DNA of 64,000 nt, taken from IMG/VR virus record IMGVR_UViG_3300005436_000012. One strand, given 5' to 3'. Each line of letters starts with the position of its first letter. Position 1 is the stretch's first letter. A model generated the notes under the pieces. It ran no database searches and was not told where the DNA came from. It saw only the letters and a program-made list of their open reading frames with translations. Below are positions 62,333-64,000 of this stretch, in pieces. The translations under genes and the position numbers were made by a program. The stretch is from a virus.

Positions 62333-63322
62333 GTGTCCTTGTTCAACGACTCCGATTTCGTTTCGAGCGCCGATATGCTTTCGCTCGATCCGGAGATCAC
62401 TGTAGTCTCGCGCGCCGAAGGCATCCCGATCGACGCGAACGGAATCGCTGCGCAGGCCTGCGGCGAAACCGCCGACAAGATTATGAACGACACCCAGGCT
62501 TTCACCGGTTTCATGCCGCCCTTCGCGCTGCCCTACAATCAGACGGCCGCGGTCTTGAACCTGGTGGGGCCGTCGGTCAACCGCTCGCGCCTGTCGATGA
62601 CGCAGGTGGTCGTCTCGAACGCCAATCCGTCCGAGACCTCCATCGCCAAGGCCTCGCCGCTGAAGCGCTACACGGTCTATCGCGCCCTCGAATTGTTCTT
62701 TCGGGCGGCTTACAACCGCAAATTGACCGACCGGTACGAAAAAAAGATGACGTACTATTCGGAAGAAATCCGCAAGAAGTACTGGCCGCGCTTCTACAAC
62801 CTGGGAGCTCCGATCGTGTTCCGGCCGCTGGTCTGCCCGGGCGCATTGCACGAATGGAATGCCGGCGTCTGGGATGCCACGAGGGTTTCGGGCGTGACGG
62901 GAACCAACGCCAACGTGGACACCGACTATCACGTCGCGATCACGTGGGTCGACAATACGAAATACGTTTCACCGACTTTGAAAGGCAACGCCGAATCGGC
63001 GCCCTCGGCGCGGCAGGATATTCGGATTCTGCAAAATAACGTGCTGGCGATCGATATCACGCCCTTGAATGCGCCAGACGGAACGAATCCGCTAAACGTG
63101 GCGCTGGGGCAAGGTCTGATCACGCCCGGCAAGGCCTCTGGATGGAATGTATACGTAGGACCGCAGGGCGGAACGCTGTATCTACAGAACGCCACGCCGA
63201 TTGCGATCGCGACCAAGACCTACACGCTCACTGGCGCTCCGGTGTTGTCCGGATACCAGGCGGACACGGGCCAGTTTCCGGATGCGAATCTGACCCTACA
63301 ACATACGGTCATGCGAGGCTAG
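62333..63322 (+). CDS. hypothetical protein
   Basis: 329-aa ORF. Confidence 0.4.
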   Translation: MSLFNDSDFVSSADMLSLDPEITVVSRAEGIPIDANGIAAQACGETADKIMNDTQAFTGFMPPFALPYNQTAAVLNLVGPSVNRSRLSMTQVVVSNANPSETSIAKASPLKRYTVYRALELFFRAAYNRKLTDRYEKKMTYYSEEIRKKYWPRFYNLGAPIVFRPLVCPGALHEWNAGVWDATRVSGVTGTNANVDTDYHVAITWVDNTKYVSPTLKGNAESAPSARQDIRILQNNVLAIDITPLNAPDGTNPLNVALGQGLITPGKASGWNVYVGPQGGTLYLQNATPIAIATKTYTLTGAPVLSGYQADTGQFPDANLTLQHTVMRG

Positions 63323-63338
63323 GCACTAAACTGAAAGC

Positions 63339-63659
63339 GTGACGCGCCGCGAATTGTTCGCCACCCTGGGCTTAGGCATTGCTCAATCACGGCCGCCTCA
63401 GGCCGGAGCCAGGGTCCCCGAAATCAGCGCAATCACGAAGCGCCAAATCACGGCCGGCACAATCACCGTCGAGAGACTCGCGCCGATACCGCACTTCTCG
63501 ATGACCGATTGTTTAACGGCGGCCAGATTGAACGAGTTGGTCGATGGAATCAACACACTGCACCGAGCTATGAGGCGTACGGCGGCCAGATTGAACGAGT
63601 TGGTCGATGGAATCAACACACTGCACCGAGCTATGAGGCGTCACGGAATAATCGAATGA
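63339..63659 (+). CDS. small protein with TAT-leader-like N-terminus and internal 21-aa tandem duplication
   Basis: MTRRELFATLGLGIAQS; TAARLNELVDGINTLHRAMRR appears twice. Confidence 0.35.
   Translation: MTRRELFATLGLGIAQSRPPQAGARVPEISAITKRQITAGTITVERLAPIPHFSMTDCLTAARLNELVDGINTLHRAMRRTAARLNELVDGINTLHRAMRRHGIIE
63516..63641 (+). repeat. perfect 63-bp tandem direct duplication (2 copies)
   Basis: acggcggccagattgaacgagttggtcgatggaatcaacacactgcaccgagctatgaggcgt occurs twice consecutively. Confidence 0.8.
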
Positions 63660-63684
63660 GGATGACCGCCATCAGGATCTTCGA

Positions 63685-63918
63685 ATGACCCGCCGTGGAC
63701 TGCTTGCCGGTTTTTTCGCGGCATTGGTGCCGAAGCCGGCGCTCAGCATCGATCACTGGAACTGGCATTTTCCGCCTCCGGACACGATCATCGAATCCAC
63801 GTTTTGCATCCCGGACGTGAGTCAAGCCCTCAGCGACCTGAGCGCTAAGTACCTGGAACCGGCCATGCTGGCCATCGCCGAAAAGATCGACGCTGACTCC
63901 GTTGGCTATTTCTCATGA
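63685..63918 (+). CDS. TAT-leader-like N-terminus fused to a coat-protein-like fragment (remnant)
   Basis: MTRRGLLAGFFAALVP...; ESTFCIPDVSQALSDLSAKYLEPAMLAIAEKIDADSVGY aligns with EATFQIPNVTQALAAPDLISTYLQPAVVAIAEKIENDLLSVY of the 58024 coat-like protein. Confidence 0.35.
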   Translation: MTRRGLLAGFFAALVPKPALSIDHWNWHFPPPDTIIESTFCIPDVSQALSDLSAKYLEPAMLAIAEKIDADSVGYFS

Positions 63919-64000
63919 CCCGCCGCGCGTTGTTCTCGCTGTTCGCTTCCCTGCCCTTCGTGCGGAAATGTCTTGCCCGTGATCGACAACCAACGGGCGC

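Noticed and set aside
1-64000. Integrase, attL/attR, tRNA or rRNA genes
   Set aside because: None were recognised by eye: no tyrosine/serine recombinase motifs (R..H..R..Y / resolvase N-terminus) in any ORF and no tRNA-like cloverleaf noticed. Their absence is not proof, and an integrase may lie outside the window.

Overview
This ~60% GC window reads as one large phage/prophage-like element from a Gram-negative host that uses PEP-CTERM/exosortase sorting. No rRNA, tRNA, CRISPR array or integrase was recognised by eye. (i) 0.5-8.9 kb, + strand: coat-like paralog 1, a holin / SleB-like endolysin lysis cassette, an SPFH lipoprotein, an ECF sigma factor, a ParB-like nuclease and an ABC-ATPase/GNAT-like fusion. 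(ii) 9.0-24.0 kb, - strand: long leftward early/DNA-metabolism operons with many ATGA stop/start overlaps. They include a MoxR AAA+ / unknown / VWA-Zn-peptidase triad, an ASCH + J-domain fusion, a WGR + ATP-dependent DNA ligase, Ku, a gamma-type N6-adenine methyltransferase, a 545-aa ParB-like protein, four Cys-rich microproteins, a clamp-loader-like AAA+ with an Xis-type HTH, and a second ASCH protein. (iii) At least four copies of a sigma70-like promoter drive these operons. Its 17-19-nt spacer is an inverted-repeat operator (CTGAC-N6-GTCAG). A divergent control region sits at 24.0-24.45 kb. (iv) 24.45-64 kb, + strand late region: small and large terminase, then an FkbM methyltransferase + TPR/GT9-like glycosyltransferase module. 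About 20 kb of Sec-signal-bearing large proteins (FN3, beta-helix, glycosidase-like, DUF11-like repeats) follows, including a 1456-aa protein made of ~29 tandem Trp/Pro-rich repeats. The same stretch carries a fold-back rearrangement scar, an antisense PEP-CTERM gene and a stand-alone Clp-D2-type AAA+ ATPase. Then come four paralogous ~200-aa proteins, a portal-like gene, scaffold and coat-like paralog 2, and tandem secreted paralogs. At the right edge are three TAT-leader-like ORFs, one carrying a coat fragment. Coordinates derived from ORF-track arithmetic are reliable; by-eye counts in the printed sequence may be off by 1 nt in places.
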